41,569 bases of DNA from a virus (lineage: Duplodnaviria > Caudoviricetes): positions 1-41,569 of IMG/VR virus record IMGVR_UViG_3300032212_000047; one strand, written 5' to 3'. Numbering within the stretch: position 1 is the stretch's first letter; every line of letters begins with the position of its first letter. The notes below the pieces were generated by a model. It was not told the origin of the DNA, made no database searches, and worked only from the letters and a program-made list of their open reading frames with translations. This document shows positions 1 through 8,599 of the stretch, in pieces. Made by a program: the position numbers and the translations under genes.

Positions 1-700
1 CCGTGTTACTTGCTGCTGATTGATAACCCGTGTTACTTGCTGCTGATTGATTACCCGTGTTACTTGCTGCTGAATAATTACCCGTGTTACTTGCTGCTGA
101 TTGATAACCCGTGTTACTTGCTGCTGATTGATAACCCGTGTTACTTGCTGCTGATTGATAACCCGTGTTACTTGCTGCTGATTGATAACCCGTGTTACTT
201 GCTGCTGAATAATTACCCGTGTTACTTGCTGCTGATTGATTACCCGTGTTACTTGCTGCTGAATAATTACCCGTGTTACTTGCTGCTGATTGATAACCCG
301 TGTTACTTGCTGCTGATTGATAACCCGTGTTACTTGCTGCTGAATAATTACCCGTGTTACTTGCTGCTGAATAATCACCCGTGTTACTTGCTGCTGATTG
401 ATTACCCGTGTTACTTGCTGCTGATTGATAACCCGTGTTACTTGCTGCTGATTGATTACCCGTGTTACTTGCTGCTGAATAATTACCCGTGTTACTTGCT
501 GCTGATTGATAACCCGTGTTACTTGCTGCTGAATAATTACCCGTGTTACTTGCTGCTGAATAATCACCCGTGTTACTTGCTGCTGATTGATAACCCGTGT
601 TACTTGCTGCTGAATAATTACCCGTGTTACTTGCTGCTGAATAATTACCCGTGTTACTTGCTGCTGAATAATTACCCGTGTTACTTGCTGCTGATTGATT
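1..700. repeat. 27-bp tandem repeat, 25 full units plus a partial, four variants
   Basis: Unit CCGTGTTACTTGCTGCTGA followed by TTGATAAC, TTGATTAC, ATAATTAC or ATAATCAC. On the minus strand it encodes SAASNTG plus YQ, NQ, NY or DY. Confidence 0.98.
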
Positions 701-1042
701 TTCGTTCTCTTTGTTCTCAGTTTTTATTTTTGACATAACCCAGTCAATAGATTTTGTTACCATCTCATTCAAAGATATTTCAGCCTGTATAGTAATTCTT
801 GCGGAGGCTATTTTAGTGTCACCCTCATTTGACGTAGTTGGATCACCCATCTCAACAATGGCAAAATTTGAGGTAGGCATGTAGTAACTAAATACATCTA
901 ACGGATATTCGCAAGCGTGAAACCCACTAGAGCAAATTTCTACATCTCCATCATGCTTATAGGATTTACCAACTTCATATTGAAAGCCCCGGCATTGCCA
1001 ATTATCATCAAAACCCTTATAAGCTATTTTTTTATTGCTCAC
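1..1042 (-). CDS. 5' part of a phage repeat protein (YKGFD...CRGFQYEVG...GFHACE domain followed by SAASNTGxx repeats); continues across the junction into 41145..41569
   Basis: GTG at 1042 behind a GGGGA RBS. Reads MSNKKIAYKGFDDNWQCRGFQYEVGKSYKHDGDVEICSSGFHACEYPLDVFSYY... and stays open to position 1. Not in the ORF track because it spans the window ends. Confidence 0.9.
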   Translation of the reverse strand, partial: MSNKKIAYKGFDDNWQCRGFQYEVGKSYKHDGDVEICSSGFHACEYPLDVFSYYMPTSNFAIVEMGDPTTSNEGDTKIASARITIQAEISLNEMVTKSIDWVMSKIKTENKENENQSAASNTGNYSAASNTGNYSAASNTGNYSAASNTGYQSAASNTGDYSAASNTGNYSAASNTGYQSAASNTGNYSAASNTGNQSAASNTGYQSAASNTGNQSAASNTGDYSAASNTGNYSAASNTGYQSAASNTGYQSAASNTGNYSAASNTGNQSAASNTGNYSAASNTGYQSAASNTGYQSAASNTGYQSAASNTGYQSAASNTGNYSAASNTGNQSAASNTGYQSAASNT

Positions 1043-1051
1043 CGCATTCCC

Positions 1052-1465
1052 CTAAATAAGTTCGTTGTCTTTAGCTTGCTCTAGTCGTTTAATTCTTAAA
1101 ACATCTGTAATCACTTCAAATAATGCCGGTAGGTTCTTAGCATCTGCATAATTCGCTATATCTAAGCTGACACTCTCTAGCGCTAGTTGAGTCACTTCTT
1201 CGTCTTCTTTAAGATTATTCATTTCATCAAAGACAGCACCAACAGCAGGGCATTGATAAGGGTCTGCACATTGGCAAGACTTTTCAGCAGGGTTAACCAT
1301 TGTTGCGCCGAGTTCTGCTAGGAAATCACAGTCCTGACAATGTTTAGAATCTCCAATTTCAGCCTCGCGCATTAGCTCTGAGGCTTCTTTGTAGCTGTCT
1401 TTAACAAGCTTGACGGAGGGATCAGGGAAAATTCTGTCAAAGGCTTCTTGTTGTGTGGTGTTCAT
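1052..1465 (-). CDS. hypothetical acidic Cys-containing protein, first gene downstream of PL
   Basis: 137-aa ORF with a GAGG RBS; contains CxxC and CxC...C. Confidence 0.75.
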   Translation of the reverse strand: MNTTQQEAFDRIFPDPSVKLVKDSYKEASELMREAEIGDSKHCQDCDFLAELGATMVNPAEKSCQCADPYQCPAVGAVFDEMNNLKEDEEVTQLALESVSLDIANYADAKNLPALFEVITDVLRIKRLEQAKDNELI

Positions 1466-1495
1466 GCTGTACCTCGTTTCATTTGACTTGAAATA

Positions 1496-1538
1496 AGCAT
1501 AAACAATAACTTTCGTTAAAGCAAGTAAAACTTTCGTT
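1496..1538 (-). promoter_or_regulatory. PL-like promoter with two operator copies
   Basis: Minus strand TTGCTT(1524-1519)-17 nt-TATGCT(1501-1496). AACGAAAGT lies in the spacer and again just upstream. Confidence 0.7.
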
Positions 1539-1585
1539 TTTAGGCGAGAAAAACTAAAATAATTTAATATTTTTTTAAATTACTG

Positions 1586-1897
1586 TTACTTTTCGAGCAT
1601 TTTTTGTATCGCGTAGGTTCTCACAGCCTGCTCGATGGAGACTTTTTTTAGCTCTTTAGCGTTATTATTAAGCTGCACTTCCATATTGTTCATTTTCAGC
1701 GATAAGATTAAGATGAAAACACCAAGTAAGCCCACGCAAGCGATATAACAGGCTTCCTTAATGGTGCAAATTTTTTTATTTTCTGGCGTAAGCGGACATG
1801 AACTGCCTTGTTGTAAGGTGTTTAAAACCTCACGCACTTTATAATCCTGCATAAAAACTCCCACAGTTATTAATAGGTGAGCGCACATTGGGCGCAT
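1586..1897 (-). CDS. small single-TM membrane protein downstream of cI (start probably MQDYK)
   Basis: Hydrophobic stretch ACYIACVGLLGVFILILSL followed by a coiled-coil-like tail; GGGAG precedes the internal ATG. Confidence 0.6.
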   Translation of the reverse strand: MRPMCAHLLITVGVFMQDYKVREVLNTLQQGSSCPLTPENKKICTIKEACYIACVGLLGVFILILSLKMNNMEVQLNNNAKELKKVSIEQAVRTYAIQKMLEK

Positions 1898-1958
1898 GTT
1901 AAGCGCATTTTTAAGGGGGAATTTCAGGCTAGCAAAAACAATGGGTTGCGATCAATTA

Positions 1959-2375
1959 TCACTCTGGGAATAGCGGTTTTTGTGCTTTTTGTACATCAAG
2001 ATAGGTTATGACGGCCTTTTTTGGTGGCTCCTCATCATCTAGCGAATAGAAATAAACGGTTGCTGCCGACTTAACAGCAGGGGAGTAATTACCCTCAGAA
2101 GCGATTCTCTCAACTGTCTCCATAATTCTAGTCAGCTTATTTAAATCTATACCTTGTAATTCTCTAAGGGTTTCTTTTTCGCCTTTTCCAGTATCCAGCC
2201 ATTCATAATTAACCTTAGCGAGTTCGGCTAACTTGTAGGTTTTCTTTGACCCAAGACTGCCGTTTTTGCACGCCTGACCAAGCCCTTGAGGGGTTATATC
2301 AAGCAATGGGGCAACTTCTGTCGGGTTCTTACCGACACGTCTAACGGCTTCTAAGATTCGGTCTGCTTTGGTCAT
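1959..2375 (-). CDS. CI-like HTH repressor, 138 aa, with no S24 peptidase domain
   Basis: HTH ending in LAELAKVNYEWLDTGKG; divergent from the cro-like gene. Start moved to ATG 2375 because of the promoter position. Confidence 0.85.
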   Translation of the reverse strand: MTKADRILEAVRRVGKNPTEVAPLLDITPQGLGQACKNGSLGSKKTYKLAELAKVNYEWLDTGKGEKETLRELQGIDLNKLTRIMETVERIASEGNYSPAVKSAATVYFYSLDDEEPPKKAVITYLDVQKAQKPLFPE

Positions 2376-2381
2376 TGAAAA

Positions 2382-2410
2382 ATTATGACAATCGAAAGTT
2401 AACATTTCAA
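2382..2410 (-). promoter_or_regulatory. PRM-like promoter (leaderless cI mRNA)
   Basis: TTGAAA-17 nt-CATAAT with an extended -10 TG; 6 nt from the ATG at 2375; CGAAAGT in the spacer. Confidence 0.65.
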
Positions 2411-2453
2411 GCAAGCTCCTATTTCGCAAAAATAAATTAATTGTTTGTTTTTC

Positions 2454-2481
2454 TTGACTAACGAAAGTGTTTGTTTATAAT
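2454..2481 (+). promoter_or_regulatory. PR-like promoter with operator in the spacer
   Basis: TTGACT-16 nt-TATAAT. AACGAAAGTGTTTGTTT matches the PL copy at 15/17 positions. Confidence 0.75.
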
Positions 2482-2487
2482 TCAAGC

Positions 2488-2715
2488 ATGGATATTAAAA
2501 ACGCATACAACATTAAAAATTTATTCATCAATATCTCAAAGGCTGAGCTATCACGCGAATTCGCCAAACGAGATATCAATATATCTCCACAAGCAATAGG
2601 TCAGTGGCAAAAGGTTCCGCCAAAACATGCCTTAGCGGTAGAGTCTATTACAGGGGTTTCTAGGTATGAACTCCTCCCTGAGGTCTATGGCAAATCTCCT
2701 GATATTGCGAGTTAA
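2488..2715 (+). CDS. Cro/YdaS-like HTH regulator
   Basis: ISPQAIGQWQKVP...AVESITGVSRYELLPEVY motif; ATG lies 6 nt after the -10 box. Confidence 0.88.
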   Translation: MDIKNAYNIKNLFINISKAELSREFAKRDINISPQAIGQWQKVPPKHALAVESITGVSRYELLPEVYGKSPDIAS

Positions 2716-2901
2716 AAAAATTTTAGTCAAATAAGGACAGTCAACGCCACAAACAACCTAAACAACTTAATAGAATTTTTTTATAGGTAAGGAATAATTT
2801 TATTTAGGTGATACGGAATACTCCGTCCTTACAGCACCTCGCCAGGTAGGTGTTCACCGAAAAATCTGGCACTCATTTAATTGCAGTAAGGAGCAAGAAA
2901 A

Positions 2902-3267
2902 ATGCAAAAAGAAATAAGGATATTAGATGTAATGCCTAAACCGTCAATGGTTGATTCAGCCTTGATACATAGATGTAAGGACGGCAAGGAAGCAATTTTA
3001 TTATGTATTCAATGTAGAAAAGTGCGTTATCCGTACTCAGATATTGCGAACACATTAGAGATAGACAAGGGGCATTTCTCAAGAATTTTAAGTGGCACAG
3101 CTCACTTTCCTGATGAGAAAAGATGTGACCTTATGAGGTTATGCGGAAACCTGGCTCCGCTTCAATTTGAAGCCGACCAGATGGGATATTTTTTAGTTGA
3201 GCCGACTGAAAAAGAAAACCGCATAAAAGAAGCCGAGCAAGCTTTGGAGAAATTAAAAGCAAGTTAA
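2902..3267 (+). CDS. CII-position HTH regulator
   Basis: HTH YSDIANTLEIDKGHFSRIL; AGGAG RBS; located between cro and the initiator gene. Confidence 0.65.
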   Translation: MQKEIRILDVMPKPSMVDSALIHRCKDGKEAILLCIQCRKVRYPYSDIANTLEIDKGHFSRILSGTAHFPDEKRCDLMRLCGNLAPLQFEADQMGYFLVEPTEKENRIKEAEQALEKLKAS

Positions 3268-3526
3268 CAATAAGATTTAGCTTATTGGTGGTTGCGACCA
3301 CAACCCACTATGCCGCCCGGTGGGGAAGAGAAAAGAGGCGGCATCAAATTCAATCGCAGGACGCGACTCTATCGAAGGGATAAGTATAAGTTTTAGTGTG
3401 TGAAAGTTAATGTTGAATCGAATTATAGCGTTTCTAAAAAATAAAACTTGTGAACAGGTAATGTATGAGCTCATCCAAAAACAATCGAATTCACGCTGGT
3501 TAAAAGATTATGAGAACTATAAATAA

Positions 3527-4303
3527 ATGTCTGACCCTCAAGTTGAAGACGGTTTCACACGAATTGCAAACGAGTTGCTTGATGCAATTTTATTATACCC
3601 ATTTACAAAAAGAGAGCATGTAGTCGTGTTAGCCATCATAAGAAAGACATACGGATTCAATAAAAAACGAGATGATATTTCGCTTTCTCAACTCGTTAAA
3701 ATAACCAATCTCCCAAAGCCTCATATCTCCGCAACGGTTACCAATTTGGTAACCCTTAATGTTTTATTTAAGAAATCGGGTAAATACGGGCATGTTCTTG
3801 AAATTAATAAGAAATACAGTAAATGGGTTACCAAAACGGTAACGGTTACCAAAACGGTAACGGGGGGTTACCAAAACGGTAACGCAGAGGTTACCAAAAC
3901 GGTAACCACAAAAGACAACCTTACAAAAGACAATATTACAAAAGACATAGTCGAGGAAAAAAATCCCTCGACAGAAGATGAAGGAAAGCCAAAAAAATAC
4001 AGCTACACAAATGGCGATCTTGAAATTGCCAGAAATATGTTTTCAAAGATTCTTGACTTAAACCCAAAACATACAACCCCTAACTTTGAGAGTTGGGCTA
4101 ATACAATTCGTTTGATGCGAGAAAGAGACAATCGAACCCATAACGAAATAATACGAGTTTTCTCATGGGCGAATAATGATTCGTTCTGGCAGTCAAATAT
4201 TTTATCTCCATCAAAACTCAGACAACAATTCAACCAGCTCTCAATCAAAATAAATAAAACTCAAAATAATTATAACGACGATCAATTTTTAGGTGTGATA
4301 TGA
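3527..4303 (+). CDS. lambda O-like replication initiator
   Basis: EDGFTRIANELLDA...IIRKTYGFNKK N-terminus, internal iterons, and DSFWQSNILSPSKLR C-terminal motif. Confidence 0.92.
   Translation: MSDPQVEDGFTRIANELLDAILLYPFTKREHVVVLAIIRKTYGFNKKRDDISLSQLVKITNLPKPHISATVTNLVTLNVLFKKSGKYGHVLEINKKYSKWVTKTVTVTKTVTGGYQNGNAEVTKTVTTKDNLTKDNITKDIVEEKNPSTEDEGKPKKYSYTNGDLEIARNMFSKILDLNPKHTTPNFESWANTIRLMRERDNRTHNEIIRVFSWANNDSFWQSNILSPSKLRQQFNQLSIKINKTQNNYNDDQFLGVI
3826..3947. repeat. replication origin iterons
   Basis: Four copies of GGTTACCAAAACGGTAAC (3826, 3844, 3866, 3889) followed by three ACAAAAGACA. A related palindrome lies at 3736-3754. Confidence 0.9.
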
Positions 4304-6090
4304 CAGCACGAGAAATAGCCCAACGATTAGCTAATTTTGTCGAAGATATTTGCCGACAATTATTGCCGAATGGAAAGAAGCAGGGTAGCGAGTGGTGCTC
4401 AGGATCTATCTACGACGAAAAAGGCGACTCACTACGAGTCCATTTGTCAGGTGAAAAAGCGGGAGTTTGGAAAGACTTTGCCTGCAATGATAAAGGCGGT
4501 GATTTGCTAGACCTCTACAGCAAGACACAAGATGTCGGAATCAAAGAATCGATTATTTGGGCGAAAGATTATCTAGGCATTGAAGATACATATTTTTCAG
4601 GCAGTAAAAAAACATACAAAAAACCAGAAAAGCCAAAATGCACAAAACCAAAAGGCGGGGTATTAAATTATTTGCTGGATGAAAGGAAGCTTTCACAAGA
4701 TTCGATTGACGCTTACAAAATTTCCGAAGCAGGTGATGAGATAGTTTTCCCTTATCTGCGAGATAGTGAGTTAGTTTTTGTTAAATACCGAAATTTCAAA
4801 GACAAGAAAAAACAACGAACCGAAAAAGACTGTGAACCCTGTTTGTTTGGCTGGCAAGCAATACCAGATGATGCACGAGAAGTTTTAATCTGTGAAGGCG
4901 AGATAGACGCGCCTAGCTGGTACATGGCTGGTATTCCTGCATTAAGTGTTCCGACTGGTTCGCAAGGTACAACCTGGATAGAGAACGAATATGACAATTT
5001 AGATCGCTTTGATGTTATTTATATATCATTCGACCAAGACGAGGCGGGGAAAAAAGGTGCAGCAGAAGTTATAAGTCGTTTAGGAAATGATCGATGCCGC
5101 CTTGTTTCTCTGCCATTGAAAGACGCAAACGAAGTCATTAAAAATATGGACGCACTCGCGTTAATTGGATGCAAGGAAAAATCAAAATCTCTAGATCCAG
5201 AAGAACTCAAAGCCGCTAGTTACTACCACAACAAAGTTATTGATATTTTTACAGGAAAAGCGCAAGAGCTTTCTGGTTATGTTCTGCCATGGGCGAAAGG
5301 TAGAGATCGCTTCCGTATCCGAATGGGCGAATTAACGATATTGGCAGGAGAGAATTTTCACGGTAAGTCCGAAGGCGTAGGACATATCTTGGTTGACTGT
5401 AAATCTCAAGGCGCAAAAATTTGTGGCGCATCCCTAGAATACCCGCCACAAAAATGGATTGCAAATTTAGCCGTACAAGCATCGGGTATCGACCCAAAAG
5501 AATCCTCCAAAGATTATGCTGAAAAAGTCGTTTCATGGACAGAGGAAAATCTTTGGTCTTTCAACGCATCAGGAACAGCCAAAGGACAAAAGGTTTTAGA
5601 AATATTCTTGTACGCTCACAAACGATACGGTATTGATTTATTTGTTATCGATAACCTGGCTAAGTGCGGATTCGATGAAGATGATTACAACGGACAAAAG
5701 AAATTCATCGATAATTTATCTGATTTCGCTAGAGATTTTAACGTCCATGTAATTTTAGTTCACCACCTAAACAAATCCGAAGAGGGCAAAGCAAGAACAA
5801 AAGCAGCCGTAAAAGGGACGGGTGCAATAACAGATATGAGCCACAACGTAATTATTTGGTGGCGAAACCGGAACAAAGAAAGAGAGTTAGAAGCTACAAA
5901 AAAAGAAGATGTCTCAGATTCATTATTAAATAAACCAGACGCATTAATGATTGTGGAAAAACAAAAAGAAGGGGGAGACACCCCAAAGATAGGATTATTT
6001 TTCGATAAAAAATCAAGACAATTTTTAGAGTTTAAAAATGCAAGACCAAAGCAATACGTTAACTACTCAGCAATTGCAGAGGAAGCGTGA
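4300..6090 (+). CDS. bifunctional TOPRIM primase / SF4 helicase (T7 gp4/Twinkle-like)
   Basis: TOPRIM motifs ICEGEIDA and FDQDEAG; Walker A AGENFHGKS; Walker B FVIDNL; ILVHH. Confidence 0.92.
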   Translation: MTAREIAQRLANFVEDICRQLLPNGKKQGSEWCSGSIYDEKGDSLRVHLSGEKAGVWKDFACNDKGGDLLDLYSKTQDVGIKESIIWAKDYLGIEDTYFSGSKKTYKKPEKPKCTKPKGGVLNYLLDERKLSQDSIDAYKISEAGDEIVFPYLRDSELVFVKYRNFKDKKKQRTEKDCEPCLFGWQAIPDDAREVLICEGEIDAPSWYMAGIPALSVPTGSQGTTWIENEYDNLDRFDVIYISFDQDEAGKKGAAEVISRLGNDRCRLVSLPLKDANEVIKNMDALALIGCKEKSKSLDPEELKAASYYHNKVIDIFTGKAQELSGYVLPWAKGRDRFRIRMGELTILAGENFHGKSEGVGHILVDCKSQGAKICGASLEYPPQKWIANLAVQASGIDPKESSKDYAEKVVSWTEENLWSFNASGTAKGQKVLEIFLYAHKRYGIDLFVIDNLAKCGFDEDDYNGQKKFIDNLSDFARDFNVHVILVHHLNKSEEGKARTKAAVKGTGAITDMSHNVIIWWRNRNKERELEATKKEDVSDSLLNKPDALMIVEKQKEGGDTPKIGLFFDKKSRQFLEFKNARPKQYVNYSAIAEEA

Positions 6091-6182
6091 AACATGGGAA
6101 AAAATAAAACTACATTTACCAGAGTTCGCAGAGTTTCTAATCGAGCTGGAAGAAAAGCCACCATGGGTAAGTATGGAGGTGC

Positions 6183-6491
6183 ATGGTGAAACCAAGAACA
6201 ACAACACAAAATGCAGCACTCCATAAATACTTCGATCAACTTGCAGAGGCTTTAAACGATGCCGGATATGATATGCGTAAGACTTTAAAGCAAAGTATCG
6301 ACATTCCTTGGACTAAGGACAGCGTTAAAAATTTCTTATGGAAACCGATTCAAGAATCAATGACAGGCGAGAAGTCCACAACAAAATTAAGCACCGTCGA
6401 TCCATCAATTGTTTATGAAACCTTAAATCGACACACAGCAGAAAAGCTAGGTGTATCTGTTCCTTTTCCATCAATGGAGACAATGAAATGA
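6183..6491 (+). CDS. NinB-like protein
   Basis: RTTTQNAALH...STTKLST motifs; position in the nin-like region. Confidence 0.7.
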   Translation: MVKPRTTTQNAALHKYFDQLAEALNDAGYDMRKTLKQSIDIPWTKDSVKNFLWKPIQESMTGEKSTTKLSTVDPSIVYETLNRHTAEKLGVSVPFPSMETMK

Positions 6492-6658
6492 ACGGTATCC
6501 CTTGTAATTATCCATCATGCATTGCTTTTGACTTAATTGAATCTAGTTACTGGACAGGCGTTATTGCTGGAAGCTGCACGGTTTTTATCGCTTGCTTGAT
6601 TGTGGTTTCAGTAGGCGTTTGGATTTATTTGGAGAGGGGAGATGATACAAAAAAATAA
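6488..6658 (+). CDS. small membrane protein (56 aa)
   Basis: ATGA overlap with the upstream gene; one hydrophobic helix; shorter than the ORF-track cutoff. Confidence 0.55.
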   Translation: MNGIPCNYPSCIAFDLIESSYWTGVIAGSCTVFIACLIVVSVGVWIYLERGDDTKK

Positions 6659-6914
6659 ACGGTATCGAAACAAAACCTACCTAGAGTGGGTAAAGACTCA
6701 GCCTTGCTCATATTGTGGCGCACCCTCAGACGATACACATCATGGAATAGGGCTAGGTCTATCGGGTATGGGAACGAAAGCCGATGACTTAGCAGTAATG
6801 CCCGTTTGCAGAGAGCATCACACAGCGATACATAACGGCTTTGCTAGATTAAGCGGACAATGGGAATTCATAGCTAAGACTTTAATAGCAGCAATTAAAG
6901 AAGGTGTACTTTGA
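6642..6914 (+). CDS. DUF968-like Zn/His-Cys protein
   Basis: YLEWVKTQPCSYCG...HH...GMGTKADD...PVCREHH motif. Confidence 0.8.
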   Translation: MIQKNKRYRNKTYLEWVKTQPCSYCGAPSDDTHHGIGLGLSGMGTKADDLAVMPVCREHHTAIHNGFARLSGQWEFIAKTLIAAIKEGVL

Positions 6915-7219
6915 AGGAATCGGAAATACAGAGCGACATTATGAATGCTTTAACAATGCACCCTAATGTCGTATGGGCGCACGTAACAACAGTTGGAAAC
7001 TTTAAAGGCCATAACGGACACCGATTCAAGTCAGGATTTAAAGGTCTATCAGATATTCTAGGGCAGCTTAAAGATGGGCGTTTATTGGCTATCGAAGTAA
7101 AGCGAGAAGGGAAAAAGCCTACGTGCGAACAAACAGAATTTATAAATATGTGTAACAAGTACGGCGGCGCGGCCGGAGTAGCAAGAAATGTCGATGATGC
7201 TCTGGAGTTAATTAAATGA
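6911..7219 (+). CDS. VRR-NUC domain nuclease
   Basis: ESEIQ...GLSDI...AIEVKR...PT.EQ PD-(D/E)XK pattern. Confidence 0.88.
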   Translation: MKESEIQSDIMNALTMHPNVVWAHVTTVGNFKGHNGHRFKSGFKGLSDILGQLKDGRLLAIEVKREGKKPTCEQTEFINMCNKYGGAAGVARNVDDALELIK

Positions 7220-7431
7220 AAACCTGTAAACAATGCAACAAAGGAAAACCTTATTCAGAATTTCAACACAATGCCAGTAGTAATGATGGTTACAGGTCAT
7301 TCTGTAAAGCATGTATGAAAAATCGGTACACCAAAGAAAGCGACAAGGAAACATTTAATTTTGAAATTAATTTATGGGAACCACCAAAATTAGGAGAATT
7401 ACCATGCAACACTCACCAGAAGCAATGTTAA
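7216..7431 (+). CDS. small zinc-finger protein
   Basis: KTCKQC...F......DG...CKAC pattern. Confidence 0.65.
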   Translation: MKTCKQCNKGKPYSEFQHNASSNDGYRSFCKACMKNRYTKESDKETFNFEINLWEPPKLGELPCNTHQKQC

Positions 7432-7601
7432 GTAAAAAAGAACTAGTCCACTCTATGGCCAAGAAACTAATTGATAATGTCGATAGTGGATGCTTTTGCA
7501 AAGCGAGAGAGGTATTTAAAGAAATCGGTTTAGAATTAGATTTATTGCAGGGCGATTGCAGCGATACAGTCAGAGATGCAGGATTAGAAAGTGGTTGTTA
7601 A
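7374..7601 (+). CDS. hypothetical protein (start probably the internal MQHS)
   Basis: Fills the operon; AGGAG precedes the internal ATG. Confidence 0.5.
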   Translation: MGTTKIRRITMQHSPEAMLSKKELVHSMAKKLIDNVDSGCFCKAREVFKEIGLELDLLQGDCSDTVRDAGLESGC

Positions 7602-7796
7602 ATGCCGATAACGAAACTCGACGAAAACGACAATAAAAACATTGATGAAATGCTCAATGAATACATTGCTATTAATGAGACTTGCTCACCCAAGGCATTG
7701 TCTGAAACATTTGAAGTGTCACAAAGCCTTATTTACCAAAGATTAACCTTTTTACGGAAGGAGCGAGAAATTGAGCGTGCCCGAAAGACTAACTAG
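7602..7796 (+). CDS. small HTH protein
   Basis: SPKALSETFEVSQSLIYQRL HTH-like segment. Confidence 0.6.
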   Translation: MPITKLDENDNKNIDEMLNEYIAINETCSPKALSETFEVSQSLIYQRLTFLRKEREIERARKTN

Positions 7797-8355
7797 CCTA
7801 ACCCCGTCAACTGTTGATCCAACAGCCGTGAAGAGTTTTGTTTTTTCAAAGCATAGCCCGGTAGAGATTGCAGGGGCTATGAAAGGACTTACTGATATTC
7901 AATTCAAGTTAATAGCCTGTATGTACCTTGATAGTGGGGAAATAGGTTCTTTAGAGGATTTAATCTCTGAGCAAATGGAAAGGCGTGTAAGACCCTCTAG
8001 GGGAATGTATCAGCACAGACAGTCTGTCGTTCATTCTGAGCTTAAAGATGTTATGTGGCTCAACATTTGTGAAAGTTGTCATGGTCAAGGTTTTTCAATG
8101 GAAGGCAATAAGATAATAAGCTGCTCTCACTGTAAACAAACAGGCAAAGCCTATCCTTCATTAAAATTAAAAATTAAATGGTATTCAGAAAAAAGACAAT
8201 ACCTTATTTCTAAACTTTACCCAGATAAAAAAATAAACCTACAAAGAATAAAAGACGATTACGTTAAAAGCTATCGAGATGCGGCACACGTTTACAGTTG
8301 GGTTGTCAATGAACACAACAAAGCAATAACTAAAATATCAGATAACTTACTGTAA
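7771..8355 (+). CDS. Q-like late antiterminator candidate
   Basis: CESCHGQG...CSHCKQTG zinc finger; last early gene, followed by a terminator and the late operon. Confidence 0.7.
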   Translation: MSVPERLTSLTPSTVDPTAVKSFVFSKHSPVEIAGAMKGLTDIQFKLIACMYLDSGEIGSLEDLISEQMERRVRPSRGMYQHRQSVVHSELKDVMWLNICESCHGQGFSMEGNKIISCSHCKQTGKAYPSLKLKIKWYSEKRQYLISKLYPDKKINLQRIKDDYVKSYRDAAHVYSWVVNEHNKAITKISDNLL

Positions 8356-8454
8356 AATATTACACTAAAAAGTAGTAGAAAAACTTGCATTTGCTATTAT
8401 GAGGGGGCGAAATAGCGTCAGAAGAAAACGCAATAACTTACTCCTAACACATTC

Positions 8455-8490
8455 AGTCGATAGTACCTCCCTGCTATCGGCTATTTTTTT
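8455..8490 (+). terminator. intrinsic terminator (tR'-like)
   Basis: AGTCGATAGTA/TGCTATCGGCT stem followed by A and T7. Confidence 0.75.
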
Positions 8491-8599
8491 GCTCTAACCC
8501 ACCTATTCCACGTAGCTAGCAGACACCTTTGAGTGCATGGCTAAAACATTATCTAGGGTTGGAGCATTCTATTTGGAAAGCTGATGAGATCCAGTCTTT

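Noticed and set aside
1-700. Possible CRISPR array
   Set aside because: Units are contiguous with only four 8-nt variants, no unique spacers, an in-frame coding period and no cas genes.
10-738. + strand 242-aa ORF (LLLIDNPCY repeats)
   Set aside because: It is the antisense shadow of the repeat; the minus-strand frame has an RBS and recognisable N- and C-terminal domains.
8348-8367. LexA-box-like TACTGTAAAATATTACACTA
   Set aside because: It lacks the invariant G of CTGT-N8-ACAG and overlaps the stop codon of the Q-like gene.
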